Below, piece by piece: positions 9,612 to 18,235 of a DNA stretch of 33,233 nucleotides. The notes beneath the pieces were generated by a model. The model did no database searches. It was not told the DNA's origin and saw nothing but the letters and a program-made list of their open reading frames with translations. The translations under genes and the position numbers were made by a program. The stretch's first letter is position 1; each line of letters opens with the position of its first letter. The DNA comes from a virus (lineage: Duplodnaviria; Caudoviricetes): IMG/VR virus record IMGVR_UViG_3300020043_001257, positions 1-33,233 of that record. One strand, given 5' to 3'.

Positions 9612-9639
9612 TTGACAGCGCATGAATTTGCGCGACAAT
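9612..9639 (+). promoter_or_regulatory. Candidate sigma70 promoter with palindromic spacer
   Basis: TTGACA(9612-9617)-16 nt-GACAAT(9634-9639). The spacer GCGCA-TGAATT-TGCGC is an inverted repeat, and a CTCTGG/CCAGAG hairpin (~9649-9675) follows. Confidence 0.45.
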
Positions 9640-9705
9640 AGCTAAACGGCACTCTGGTCTGACCCGCCAGAGCGCTACAAATGTGCGGTCTACAATTTAA
9701 TTTTT

Positions 9706-12700
9706 ATGGCTAAATACCTACCCCTCCCAGACGGCACTTCCTTTAAAGTTCCCAGCAGCATGGGGTATGACGAAGCCATGGCCTTGGCTAAAGAAAGATA
9801 CCCAGACGCTTTCGAAGCCGAGAAGCCTGCACGTAAGAAAGGTGTCCTCGCCCAAGCTAGCAAGGGCCTCGAGTCTTTAATCTCCTCTGGCCGCACTGCC
9901 GGCGCATCACTTTTTGGCGACAAAGACGAAGCTGCCAAGGCGGGTTTAGCCCGTAGTCGTGACATTGGCTCACGCTATGAAGAAGGCGCGGACCTAGAGA
10001 AAGTCAAAAGAGCGTACGAAGAACGTGGCCTGCTGTCTGCCGCAGGCGAAGCCGTGAGCCAAGTGCCCGGAGCCATTGCAGAGCAAGGCGCAAACATCGC
10101 AGCTCTTGCCGCCAGCGGTCGCTTGGGCTCCACATTGGGCAAACCTTTCGGTGCAAAAGGGCAACTTATTGGTGGCGCGTTGGGCGCACTCACCTCCGGT
10201 ACTGCACAAGCCTTGGGTCAGAACGTAGAGCGCCAAGCTGCGGAGCAAGAACGCGCTGGAGAGCCTGTCAATATCGACATGCGCAAGGCTGTGGGTACCG
10301 CAATCCCCTCGGCTGCGCTAGATGTAGCCGGTACGTTCATTCCTTTTGGTGGCCGTATTATTAGCAAACTGACAGGTATCCCTACCGAGGCACTGCTCGG
10401 ACGTAGCGCGGCACAGGTTGCCAAGTTAGCTGAAGAGCGCCTAGCCGTTACGCTGTCTAAAGGTTTGGCCACAGGTGCTTTGGCTGAGATTCCCACTGAG
10501 ATTGCCCAGCAAATGCTGGAGCGCTACCAAGCCGGTTTGTCTTTGACATCCCCTGAAGCCATGAAAGAGTATGGCGAGACGGCATACCAAGTTGGTTTGC
10601 TTGCGCCTTTGGGCGGTGTGGGCCGTTTGTCCGAGCGCTCTGGTGCAAGAGGCGAAGTCGAAGAGAAAGCAAAACAAGCCGAGCAGGTAAAGCGTGCCGA
10701 GCGTTTGCAACAAGAACAAACTGCCTTGGCTAAACAGCAGGCGGATGAAGCAGCTGCGGCACAAGCACTAGAAGCCGAGAAACAAACACCCAAGTACGCC
10801 GTTGATATTGGCAAGCAATACGACAATCTGTTGGCGCAGTTCCAAGCGCAAAAGAAGGCAATTAAAAAGCCCGGCGCTGACGCTACGCCCGTTGAGAAGG
10901 CTGAATACAAAGAAGCACAAGATTCGCTTCAAGCCTTACAAAAACAACTGCAAGAAATCGTTCCCGAGTACCGCCGCACTAAACCAATCCGTGAGCAGGA
11001 GGCTGAGAAGGCGCGTGTTGCGGGCATGTCCCCAGAAGAGTATGCATTACAGCAAGCGCAAGCACAACAAGTAACAACGGGGGAAACCACAGATGTGGGT
11101 GTTGCAGATCCGTTTGCCGCACCTCCTTCACGCGAAGACATATACGCACAAGAACGTATTAGTCTTGCTAAAGAACAAGCACCTGAGCAAGGCGTTAATG
11201 GGTATGTAGCGTACCTAATGACTAACCCCGTGATGGCGCAAACATTGGTAGAAAACCGCACGCCACTACCTTTGTTAGTCGAACCGCAAAACGATAAAAA
11301 GAAACAAGAGCGAGAACAAAAACGCGCAGAAGCGCTTGTTTACGGTGGTTTAGAACTGCAACTTAAAGAACTAGCTAAACAGCGTCAAGCACAAGGACGT
11401 TTAGGCACTAGTGCGGCTCAACAAAGACTGTCCGTGGCCGAACAAGAAGAGCAAGCCGCACTTGAGGCTAGCCGTGCCGCAGACCAAGCCGCTGCTGAAG
11501 AAGCAGACCGCAAAGCTAGGTTGGCGCCAGAGATGCAGGCACTGCAGCGCATGAAGAACGCTCCGTCTCCTATGACGGAGAACTTGGGGTTGTTTGGAAA
11601 CGAAGAAGCGCCACCATCGACATCCGCTGCGTTTGGCCAGTTGCAACAGCGCTTGCAGGGCATCCCGCTTGAGGAAGGCACGCTGCCTACAGCCGAGGAA
11701 GTTGGCCCAGAAGGTGAACAAAAGCGCGTACTCACACGCGTGCCCGGCGCTGAGTTTAAGTTGCACCCACGAGCAGAAGGCACTGGCGAAGTACTTACCG
11801 CCGAATCTTTGCGTGATCGTATTGACCGCGTGCTGTCCACATACAAGCTGTCTCCAGAAGCTGCCGCCTTCTTACGCCGCGCTGAACAGGTAATTCCTGA
11901 AGCAGACATGACGCTCAAACAAGAAGCGTCGGGCAGAGCCAATCAAGAAAACGTTGCTGGCGAAGTTGTTGCAGACAAAGGTTTGCTCAAGAACGTGTCG
12001 CAGTCGCAGGGCTTCCTTACACTACTCGACCAACAACTGGCCAAGATTGAGAGCGGTCAAGAGGGCGTGGCACGAAGAGGCGCTGATCGCCCTGAGTTGC
12101 TAAAGACTTTCCCACCCACCAGAGACACTCAAGCACAGGCCAGCACTACCACGCCGACCGAAGCATTCAAGTATGAACAGGGAGCGACTAGCGCTATCCC
12201 CGGACAAGCCGCCTCGGTATCTCAGGCAGACCAGTATGCGCAGCGCGAGCGTCTTGAGCGTACAGGTAAGCCCGGCAAGTTGCCCGGATTTGTAGCCCAG
12301 CCCGAAGAAGAAAAGCGCACTCAAGGTGTGCCCGGGCGTGCAACGGTTGAGAAACGTGCACAAGACATTAACAAACCTGTATACCGCACCGACCCAGTCA
12401 CAGGCAAACAAGTACTGGTGTCTGGAACGATTCGTGGCGAGGGCGCTCAAGCAGCGCCGCTGTCTTTACAAAGCGAGTTAGAGCCATTAGTCCGTTTGTC
12501 TGAAACTGTGCGTGATGAGCAGGCTGGCCAGTTGTCACTGTTTGGTGCAGCCGACGAGCGTAGCCGTGTACAGAAAGCTGAGCGCCGTGGTATTGAAGCT
12601 GGCCCAAGCCTAGACACTGGCGCTCGTCCAGATGTGGAGTCGTTCCAACGTTTCATGAACAGCCCGTATGTCCGCAAGTTGAAGCAGGACATGAAAAAGT

Positions 12701-15700
12701 CTGAGAAAGACTTGGCTCCTGTACGTGCGTTCTTGGCTCGGGCTTTGCCGCGCCTCAAGCAGTTGCTAAAAGAAAGCAAGGACACCACTGCACGCATGAG
12801 CAAGATCAAGAACTGGACTAAGTTCTTGAAGGAAAACGGTGAGTTGGCTTCGTTCCAGACCAACACCGAGAACCTCGTGCTGAAGATGAACAATCTGAAG
12901 CTAGACGTCAGCGAACTCAATGCTCGTATTAAGATGTACGAGCAGGCCAAGAGCCAAGTCATTGAGGAAGCTAACCGTTCCGGTGTGCGCGGCAGAGGCG
13001 GCGCGGCAGAGATCAAGATTCTTCAAGAGCTGGACGACTTGATTGCGTTGCACGAAGAAGCCAAAGCAGAATACACACAGACTAAAGCCACGCTTGCTTT
13101 GGTGCGTACACAGATCAAAGTGTTGGTCGGTGAACAGCGTTTGGCTGAGCTTAAGGCAACAGTCGATCCGCTAGAGAAATCCAACGAAGCTGCTAAAAAC
13201 GAAATTGCGCGGTTGCAAGACACGATTCGCACAGCGCAAGCAGAAATTACAGAAGCTGACAACAAGGTACGGCAAGCTGAGGCTGACAAAGCCCAAGCCG
13301 TGCAAGGCGCTAAAGCTGCTAATGTTCAGCAGTTGGAAAGACAAATCTCTGATGAGCGTACCCGTCGCTGGAACACAGCGATGTCAGGTTTTGGAGAACG
13401 CACAGAAGCTGTCTACGATAAAAGCGTGGCAGACCCAGAAACAGGCGAAGCGTTTTTGCGCACATACCCTACATACGAAGCGTACAGAAACGCACAAAAT
13501 GTGCAGGTGCGTGCACTTGGCGCGGCTGAACGCGATGCCCGTGAGCGTGGGCTGACTGCCGATGCGGCGAGCGAAGTCAAGTACAAGAATGAGCTGTACA
13601 ACAAGCCTTTGCTGTCTTTGATCCTAGAACTAGGCAGTATCGACAAGCAACTTAGCGAAGCCACAGCCAGAGTAACTGCGGCCAGAAAGAAGTCTGGCTC
13701 CTATGTGGGCGGTGAGCAAAACGTGCAGGCGTTCAAAGGTTTGGGCTCAGCTATCCGGTTGCAAAGCCGTTTGTCTGTGCGCAAAGAAACGCTTGAAGAC
13801 GCAATTAACTTTATGCGTGCACGCAACACGCCGCTTAGAACTAACCTTGCGCAAGCGCCTACAGTACGGGCGGCTACGCCAGAGGAACAAGACACAATCG
13901 ACCAGTATATTGAGCAGGTGCAGGAGCTGGGCAAAGCAACAGATCGTTTAGCGGCGCTAACTGTTGAACGTGATGACGCTATCAAAGAAGGTAAAACCAA
14001 AGATGTCGCACGTCTAAACGGCGAAATTGACAAAGTTAATACAGAGATATCTATTGGCACGGAAGAAAAAGCCAAGCTAGACCTTGCGCTTAAAGGCCGT
14101 GTATCTGCTGGCGCTCGTCAAACGACAAGTGCTCCCGGCAAATTGCGTGCTGGCACGCCAGAGTCTAAGCGTAACGCAGGAGTTGCCAAACAGCCGTTGG
14201 TTGAGCAGCGCAATATCAAAGCGCCATCCGTGGCACAGGCAGTGGCTGAGGCCAACGCTTTGGCGGAGAAACGTGCGGCTGGCGAGAAAAACTTGACCAA
14301 GGCACAACTGGCCGCAATTGAGGCCGAGCGCCAAGCGGAGTTCCAAGTCATTCTGGAGCGCCGTGACGAAGAGCTGACCAACCAGTTGGAAGCCGCCCAA
14401 GATCGTTTGACTAAATTAAAAGCAAGGGCATCCCGCGAACAAACCGGCAGAAGCAACATACCTTCTGTTGAAGAAATTACCGACGCGGAAAACGAAGTCA
14501 ATGACTACGATTGGGAACGCCGCGCTGTTCGTCAGGAACTTGAAGGCGTTAAGAAAGCGCTGTATCAATCAGCCAACGAAGCTGACATCAGAGCCGCTGA
14601 AGAAGCCGCGGCTGAACCCGTTGAGAAAGAAACCAAAACTCGCGGTCGCCGTCGTAAGGTAACTGAAGAGGAAGCATACGGCGAAACTACTCGCGCAGAA
14701 GGCGCGGTGGGAGACGTTTACTTTGGTGAAGACGATGGCAAGGTTGCGTTCCGTACAGTGACTCGTGGCCCGACATCTTTGCAGACTGCGCAAGTAGAGC
14801 GGTTGGCAGAACGTGTAACCAAAGACTGGGTGAACGCTCCTGAGATTGTGGTGGTGGCTACTGAGGCAGATTTGCCTGTGCGTATTCGTGGCCAAATTGT
14901 TAAGGCGGATCGTGCAGAAGGCACAACGCCCGGCTTGTTCGACACCAAGACCAAAAAGGTTTACCTGATTGCCAGCAACTTGAGCAACGCCAACGACGTT
15001 ATCTTGACGATTGCCCACGAAGTTACTGGACACTACGGCTTGCGTGAGTTGCTAGGCAACACGTACGCAGCCACCATGAACAACATGTATCGCGGTAACC
15101 CAGAAGTTCGCAAGCAGGCAGACGCCAAGCTCAAAGCTGATAAGAGCCTGTCTCGTGAGGTAGCAGTGGAAGAAGTCTTGGCTGAGATGGCTGAAGACCC
15201 CAACCCAACACCAGCAGAGAAGAGCGCCTTGCGCCAAATCTATGAGCGTATCCGTGCATGGTTACGCTCTGTGCTTAGATTGCCTAACGTCACAGATGCA
15301 GAAGTACAGCAGTTAGTTGCCAACGCTCGCCGTTATGTGATTGAAGGCGGTACAGCAGGCCAAGGCCAAGCGCCTACAGGAGAAGTTACTTACCGAACCA
15401 AGGCACAGTTTGGTTCAGACGATGCGTTGACTGATCTGGCTAGCCGCGTTGTGGCACAGCCCAAGTCTTTTAGTGATCGCCTTGGAAGAAACATTGCGCT
15501 TGAAACCGAGATGAACTTGGTGGATATGCGTGCTGGTTTGCGTGAAGCTCTGAAGGCTGGCGCCAAGGAAATGGGGGACACCAAGAACTTTGTGCAGGCT
15601 ATGTACAGCGTGACCAAGGCAGACCAGAAGATGGCTGTCGTAAGTTCTACGCTGATGAACGGCCCGATGGAGCTGTACACAGACGAGAAGGGCTACTTCG

Positions 15701-18063
15701 GTATCAAGTCCACGGGCAAAGATAGCGCCAAGGATGTCTTTGACGCCATAGGGCGCATCCCGGGCGGCAACGCCAGAGGCCGCGTTGACCTTGCTACCAC
15801 GTACATGATCGCACAGCGTGCGGCTAACAAGGGTTTGTCTAAACTTGACTTGGGCGATCTGGGCATTACCGAGGCAGACCTCAAAGCTGCCATGGCTGAC
15901 GTCGATGCAAACCCTGAATTGAAGAACGCCTTGGAAGTTGTGCGCAGTACATACAACTCGTACAACGCAGGGTTGATTAGGTTCTTGGCTTCGACTGGCG
16001 CAATCCCTAAAGCGGTTGCAACCAAGCTGCTCAAGGATGGTGACTATGTTCCGTTTTATCGCGTCAAAGAAAACGGGATGGCTGATTTGGTCTTTAGTGA
16101 CGAAGTTACTATCAACATCGGCGATGTTAGATACCAGCCTTACTTGGCAGAACTCAAGGGTGGCGAGACCCGCATCCTGCCCCTGACCGAGTCGCTCCCA
16201 CGCAACACCTTGCTGATTACAGACAAGGCGCTGACCAACCTTGCGGCTAAGAACGTAGCGTATGCGTTCCAGTCTATTGGCGCAGGCAAAGGCCCACTGA
16301 ACAAGGAGGGCCAGCCTACCAACGCCATGCCGATCCACAAAGGAAAAGGCGTAGCTGGCGCTGACATTGTTCGGTTTAACCAAGAGCCAGACCCCAACGA
16401 TCCCAAAGATACAGGCGAGCGCTGGGTACGCGTTAAGACCGATGACACCATCATGGGCGGTATCCCTGCCGAGTTGATTGTGAAGAGTTTGGAAGGTGCG
16501 CACCTGACGCTTCCAGCGTTCTTAAAGATTGGCGGTCTTGCAGGCGACCTCTTGCGCTCTGGTGTGACCCGCATGCCGATCTACATTGCGCGTCAGTTGA
16601 TTCGTGACCCAATGGCTGCATCGTTTACGGGCGGTCTGAACTACAACCCGCTGACAGCAGTAGTTAAAGCTGGGCGTGAGTTTGTTCGTATGAATCGTGG
16701 CACCAGCGAAGCTGGCCAGAAGCTGATTGAGAAGGGCTTAGTCCAAAGCGGTATCTTTAGTGGTGACCCAGACGACATTGCTAAGATGGCGCTTCAGTTG
16801 GCGGGTAACCAACAAGGTGCGGTTGACCAGTTGTTTGCAGGGATGGACAGAGCCGCGATGCGTGCCGATGCTGCTACCCGTGCGCTGGTGTACGAGAACG
16901 CAATCAAGAACGGATTGTCTGAAGTCGAGGCTGACATGGCCACGATGGAGTCCATGAACTTTTACAAGCGCGGTCTGTCCCCCACAGTGCAGTACGCCAG
17001 CCGCTTGATCCCGTTCTTCAACGCGCAGATCCAAGGTCTGAATGTGCTGTACAAAGCAGCCACAGGCAAGATGCCGTTTGAAGAGCAGCAGAAGATTAAG
17101 CAGAAGTTCTTCAACAACGCTATGTTGCTGGTTGCTACTGGCGTGGTCTACGCCATGGCGATGGAGGACGACGAAACCTTTAAACGTGCCAAACCAAAGG
17201 ACAAGTACAGCAACTTCTTCATCCCTGTGCCGGGCGTTGACGAGCCGTTCAAGCTGCCTATTCCTTACGAAGCCGGTTGGTTCTTCTCGTTGGCGGTAGC
17301 CGCAGTTGACGCTATGAAAGCGGAGACAGATGGCAAGCAACAGTTCGATGCCCTGCGCGATATGTTCTTGATGTCGATCCCCGGTTACTCATCCAAGTTC
17401 ATGCCACAGATCATCAAGCCTGCGTTTGAGGTTTACAGCAACAAGAACTTCTACACAGGAAACGACATCGAGTCCTCACGCATGCAGGACAAGACTACGG
17501 CTGAGCGCTTTAACATAAGCACTACGGAAGCCGCTAAAGCGTTGAGCAAAGCGTTGCCTATGCTGTCTCCTGTACAGATTGAGCACATCTCCAACGGCTA
17601 CTTCGGTCAGCTACCACTGATTATTGCGGCGGCGGCCAACGGTTTGTTCCGTCAAGAAGGCCGAGGCGAAGCGCCAGAGAAGCGCATCACAGACCAGCCG
17701 TTCATTGGTAGCTCGTTCCAGAAGAAGTATGGCGGTGCTGATGCCGACGTGATGTACCGCATGGCCAAGGAGTCTATGCAGGCCAAGGCCTCCTACGACA
17801 GCATGCTCAAGCAAGGCCGTGTGGAAGACGCTAGGGAGTTCTTGGCAGACAACCGCACAGAGATTGTTGCGGCTAGATTGGCCAGCCAATACCGCACTCA
17901 GATGGGACGCCTGCGCTCAGACGAGGAACGGATCACCGGCATGGAGAAAATGTCAGCCGCAGAAAAGCGTGCGCGTATTGACCGGATCGATCAAGCACGG
18001 CAGGACATTTCTGCAAAGTTTGAGGCAGCGCTCAAGAGGATTGAGGCTTCCGGTAAAACATAA
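9706..18063 (+). CDS. Large polyvalent virion protein with zincin-like metallopeptidase motif and LPD38-like C-terminal domain
   Basis: 2785-aa ORF. N-terminal Gly/Ala-rich region and long coiled coils. PGLFD..KVYLIA..AHEVTGHYGL..EEVLAEMAE (HExxxH plus downstream E) at ~14930-15195. C-terminal NFYKRG..LIPFFNAQIQG..KLPIPYEAG is typical of LPD38-containing proteins. Confidence 0.75.
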   Translation: MAKYLPLPDGTSFKVPSSMGYDEAMALAKERYPDAFEAEKPARKKGVLAQASKGLESLISSGRTAGASLFGDKDEAAKAGLARSRDIGSRYEEGADLEKVKRAYEERGLLSAAGEAVSQVPGAIAEQGANIAALAASGRLGSTLGKPFGAKGQLIGGALGALTSGTAQALGQNVERQAAEQERAGEPVNIDMRKAVGTAIPSAALDVAGTFIPFGGRIISKLTGIPTEALLGRSAAQVAKLAEERLAVTLSKGLATGALAEIPTEIAQQMLERYQAGLSLTSPEAMKEYGETAYQVGLLAPLGGVGRLSERSGARGEVEEKAKQAEQVKRAERLQQEQTALAKQQADEAAAAQALEAEKQTPKYAVDIGKQYDNLLAQFQAQKKAIKKPGADATPVEKAEYKEAQDSLQALQKQLQEIVPEYRRTKPIREQEAEKARVAGMSPEEYALQQAQAQQVTTGETTDVGVADPFAAPPSREDIYAQERISLAKEQAPEQGVNGYVAYLMTNPVMAQTLVENRTPLPLLVEPQNDKKKQEREQKRAEALVYGGLELQLKELAKQRQAQGRLGTSAAQQRLSVAEQEEQAALEASRAADQAAAEEADRKARLAPEMQALQRMKNAPSPMTENLGLFGNEEAPPSTSAAFGQLQQRLQGIPLEEGTLPTAEEVGPEGEQKRVLTRVPGAEFKLHPRAEGTGEVLTAESLRDRIDRVLSTYKLSPEAAAFLRRAEQVIPEADMTLKQEASGRANQENVAGEVVADKGLLKNVSQSQGFLTLLDQQLAKIESGQEGVARRGADRPELLKTFPPTRDTQAQASTTTPTEAFKYEQGATSAIPGQAASVSQADQYAQRERLERTGKPGKLPGFVAQPEEEKRTQGVPGRATVEKRAQDINKPVYRTDPVTGKQVLVSGTIRGEGAQAAPLSLQSELEPLVRLSETVRDEQAGQLSLFGAADERSRVQKAERRGIEAGPSLDTGARPDVESFQRFMNSPYVRKLKQDMKKSEKDLAPVRAFLARALPRLKQLLKESKDTTARMSKIKNWTKFLKENGELASFQTNTENLVLKMNNLKLDVSELNARIKMYEQAKSQVIEEANRSGVRGRGGAAEIKILQELDDLIALHEEAKAEYTQTKATLALVRTQIKVLVGEQRLAELKATVDPLEKSNEAAKNEIARLQDTIRTAQAEITEADNKVRQAEADKAQAVQGAKAANVQQLERQISDERTRRWNTAMSGFGERTEAVYDKSVADPETGEAFLRTYPTYEAYRNAQNVQVRALGAAERDARERGLTADAASEVKYKNELYNKPLLSLILELGSIDKQLSEATARVTAARKKSGSYVGGEQNVQAFKGLGSAIRLQSRLSVRKETLEDAINFMRARNTPLRTNLAQAPTVRAATPEEQDTIDQYIEQVQELGKATDRLAALTVERDDAIKEGKTKDVARLNGEIDKVNTEISIGTEEKAKLDLALKGRVSAGARQTTSAPGKLRAGTPESKRNAGVAKQPLVEQRNIKAPSVAQAVAEANALAEKRAAGEKNLTKAQLAAIEAERQAEFQVILERRDEELTNQLEAAQDRLTKLKARASREQTGRSNIPSVEEITDAENEVNDYDWERRAVRQELEGVKKALYQSANEADIRAAEEAAAEPVEKETKTRGRRRKVTEEEAYGETTRAEGAVGDVYFGEDDGKVAFRTVTRGPTSLQTAQVERLAERVTKDWVNAPEIVVVATEADLPVRIRGQIVKADRAEGTTPGLFDTKTKKVYLIASNLSNANDVILTIAHEVTGHYGLRELLGNTYAATMNNMYRGNPEVRKQADAKLKADKSLSREVAVEEVLAEMAEDPNPTPAEKSALRQIYERIRAWLRSVLRLPNVTDAEVQQLVANARRYVIEGGTAGQGQAPTGEVTYRTKAQFGSDDALTDLASRVVAQPKSFSDRLGRNIALETEMNLVDMRAGLREALKAGAKEMGDTKNFVQAMYSVTKADQKMAVVSSTLMNGPMELYTDEKGYFGIKSTGKDSAKDVFDAIGRIPGGNARGRVDLATTYMIAQRAANKGLSKLDLGDLGITEADLKAAMADVDANPELKNALEVVRSTYNSYNAGLIRFLASTGAIPKAVATKLLKDGDYVPFYRVKENGMADLVFSDEVTINIGDVRYQPYLAELKGGETRILPLTESLPRNTLLITDKALTNLAAKNVAYAFQSIGAGKGPLNKEGQPTNAMPIHKGKGVAGADIVRFNQEPDPNDPKDTGERWVRVKTDDTIMGGIPAELIVKSLEGAHLTLPAFLKIGGLAGDLLRSGVTRMPIYIARQLIRDPMAASFTGGLNYNPLTAVVKAGREFVRMNRGTSEAGQKLIEKGLVQSGIFSGDPDDIAKMALQLAGNQQGAVDQLFAGMDRAAMRADAATRALVYENAIKNGLSEVEADMATMESMNFYKRGLSPTVQYASRLIPFFNAQIQGLNVLYKAATGKMPFEEQQKIKQKFFNNAMLLVATGVVYAMAMEDDETFKRAKPKDKYSNFFIPVPGVDEPFKLPIPYEAGWFFSLAVAAVDAMKAETDGKQQFDALRDMFLMSIPGYSSKFMPQIIKPAFEVYSNKNFYTGNDIESSRMQDKTTAERFNISTTEAAKALSKALPMLSPVQIEHISNGYFGQLPLIIAAAANGLFRQEGRGEAPEKRITDQPFIGSSFQKKYGGADADVMYRMAKESMQAKASYDSMLKQGRVEDAREFLADNRTEIVAARLASQYRTQMGRLRSDEERITGMEKMSAAEKRARIDRIDQARQDISAKFEAALKRIEASGKT

Positions 18064-18235
18064 CGCCTAGCTTGCCGTCAAGGATGCCCACGCTAGCGTG
18101 GGCATCTAGTATCCTGAGAGAGAAGGCTTTCTTCAAGCCCCACTCTTTCATGGCTTCGGTATCAAGGCAGGGGATAAAGAACCCCTGCCCTTTCTCAACC
18201 TTCTCCCACGGAAGGCGCAGTAAGGAGTACTTCAT
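18032..18235 (-). CDS. Small phage protein (possible DNA-binding)
   Basis: LPWEKVEKGQGFFIPCLD resembles a P(W/F)..(L/M)..G.(S/G)FF(I/V)P pattern common in small phage proteins. It is the last gene of the - block and overlaps the primase 3' end and the convergent + gene. Confidence 0.6.
   Translation of the reverse strand: MKYSLLRLPWEKVEKGQGFFIPCLDTEAMKEWGLKKAFSLRILDAHASVGILDGKLGVMFYRKPQSS
18083..18106. repeat. Perfect 24-bp palindrome at the convergence of the two gene blocks
   Basis: GATGCCCACGCTAGCGTGGGCATC is its own reverse complement and starts 20 nt after the + strand stop at 18063. Confidence 0.85.

Noticed and set aside
15415-16503. Long antisense ORFs (also 1668-2549 and 16738-17340) and same-strand alternative-frame ORF 26779-27555
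   Set aside because: They overlap well-supported genes almost entirely, have no recognisable motifs, and are expected from codon bias.
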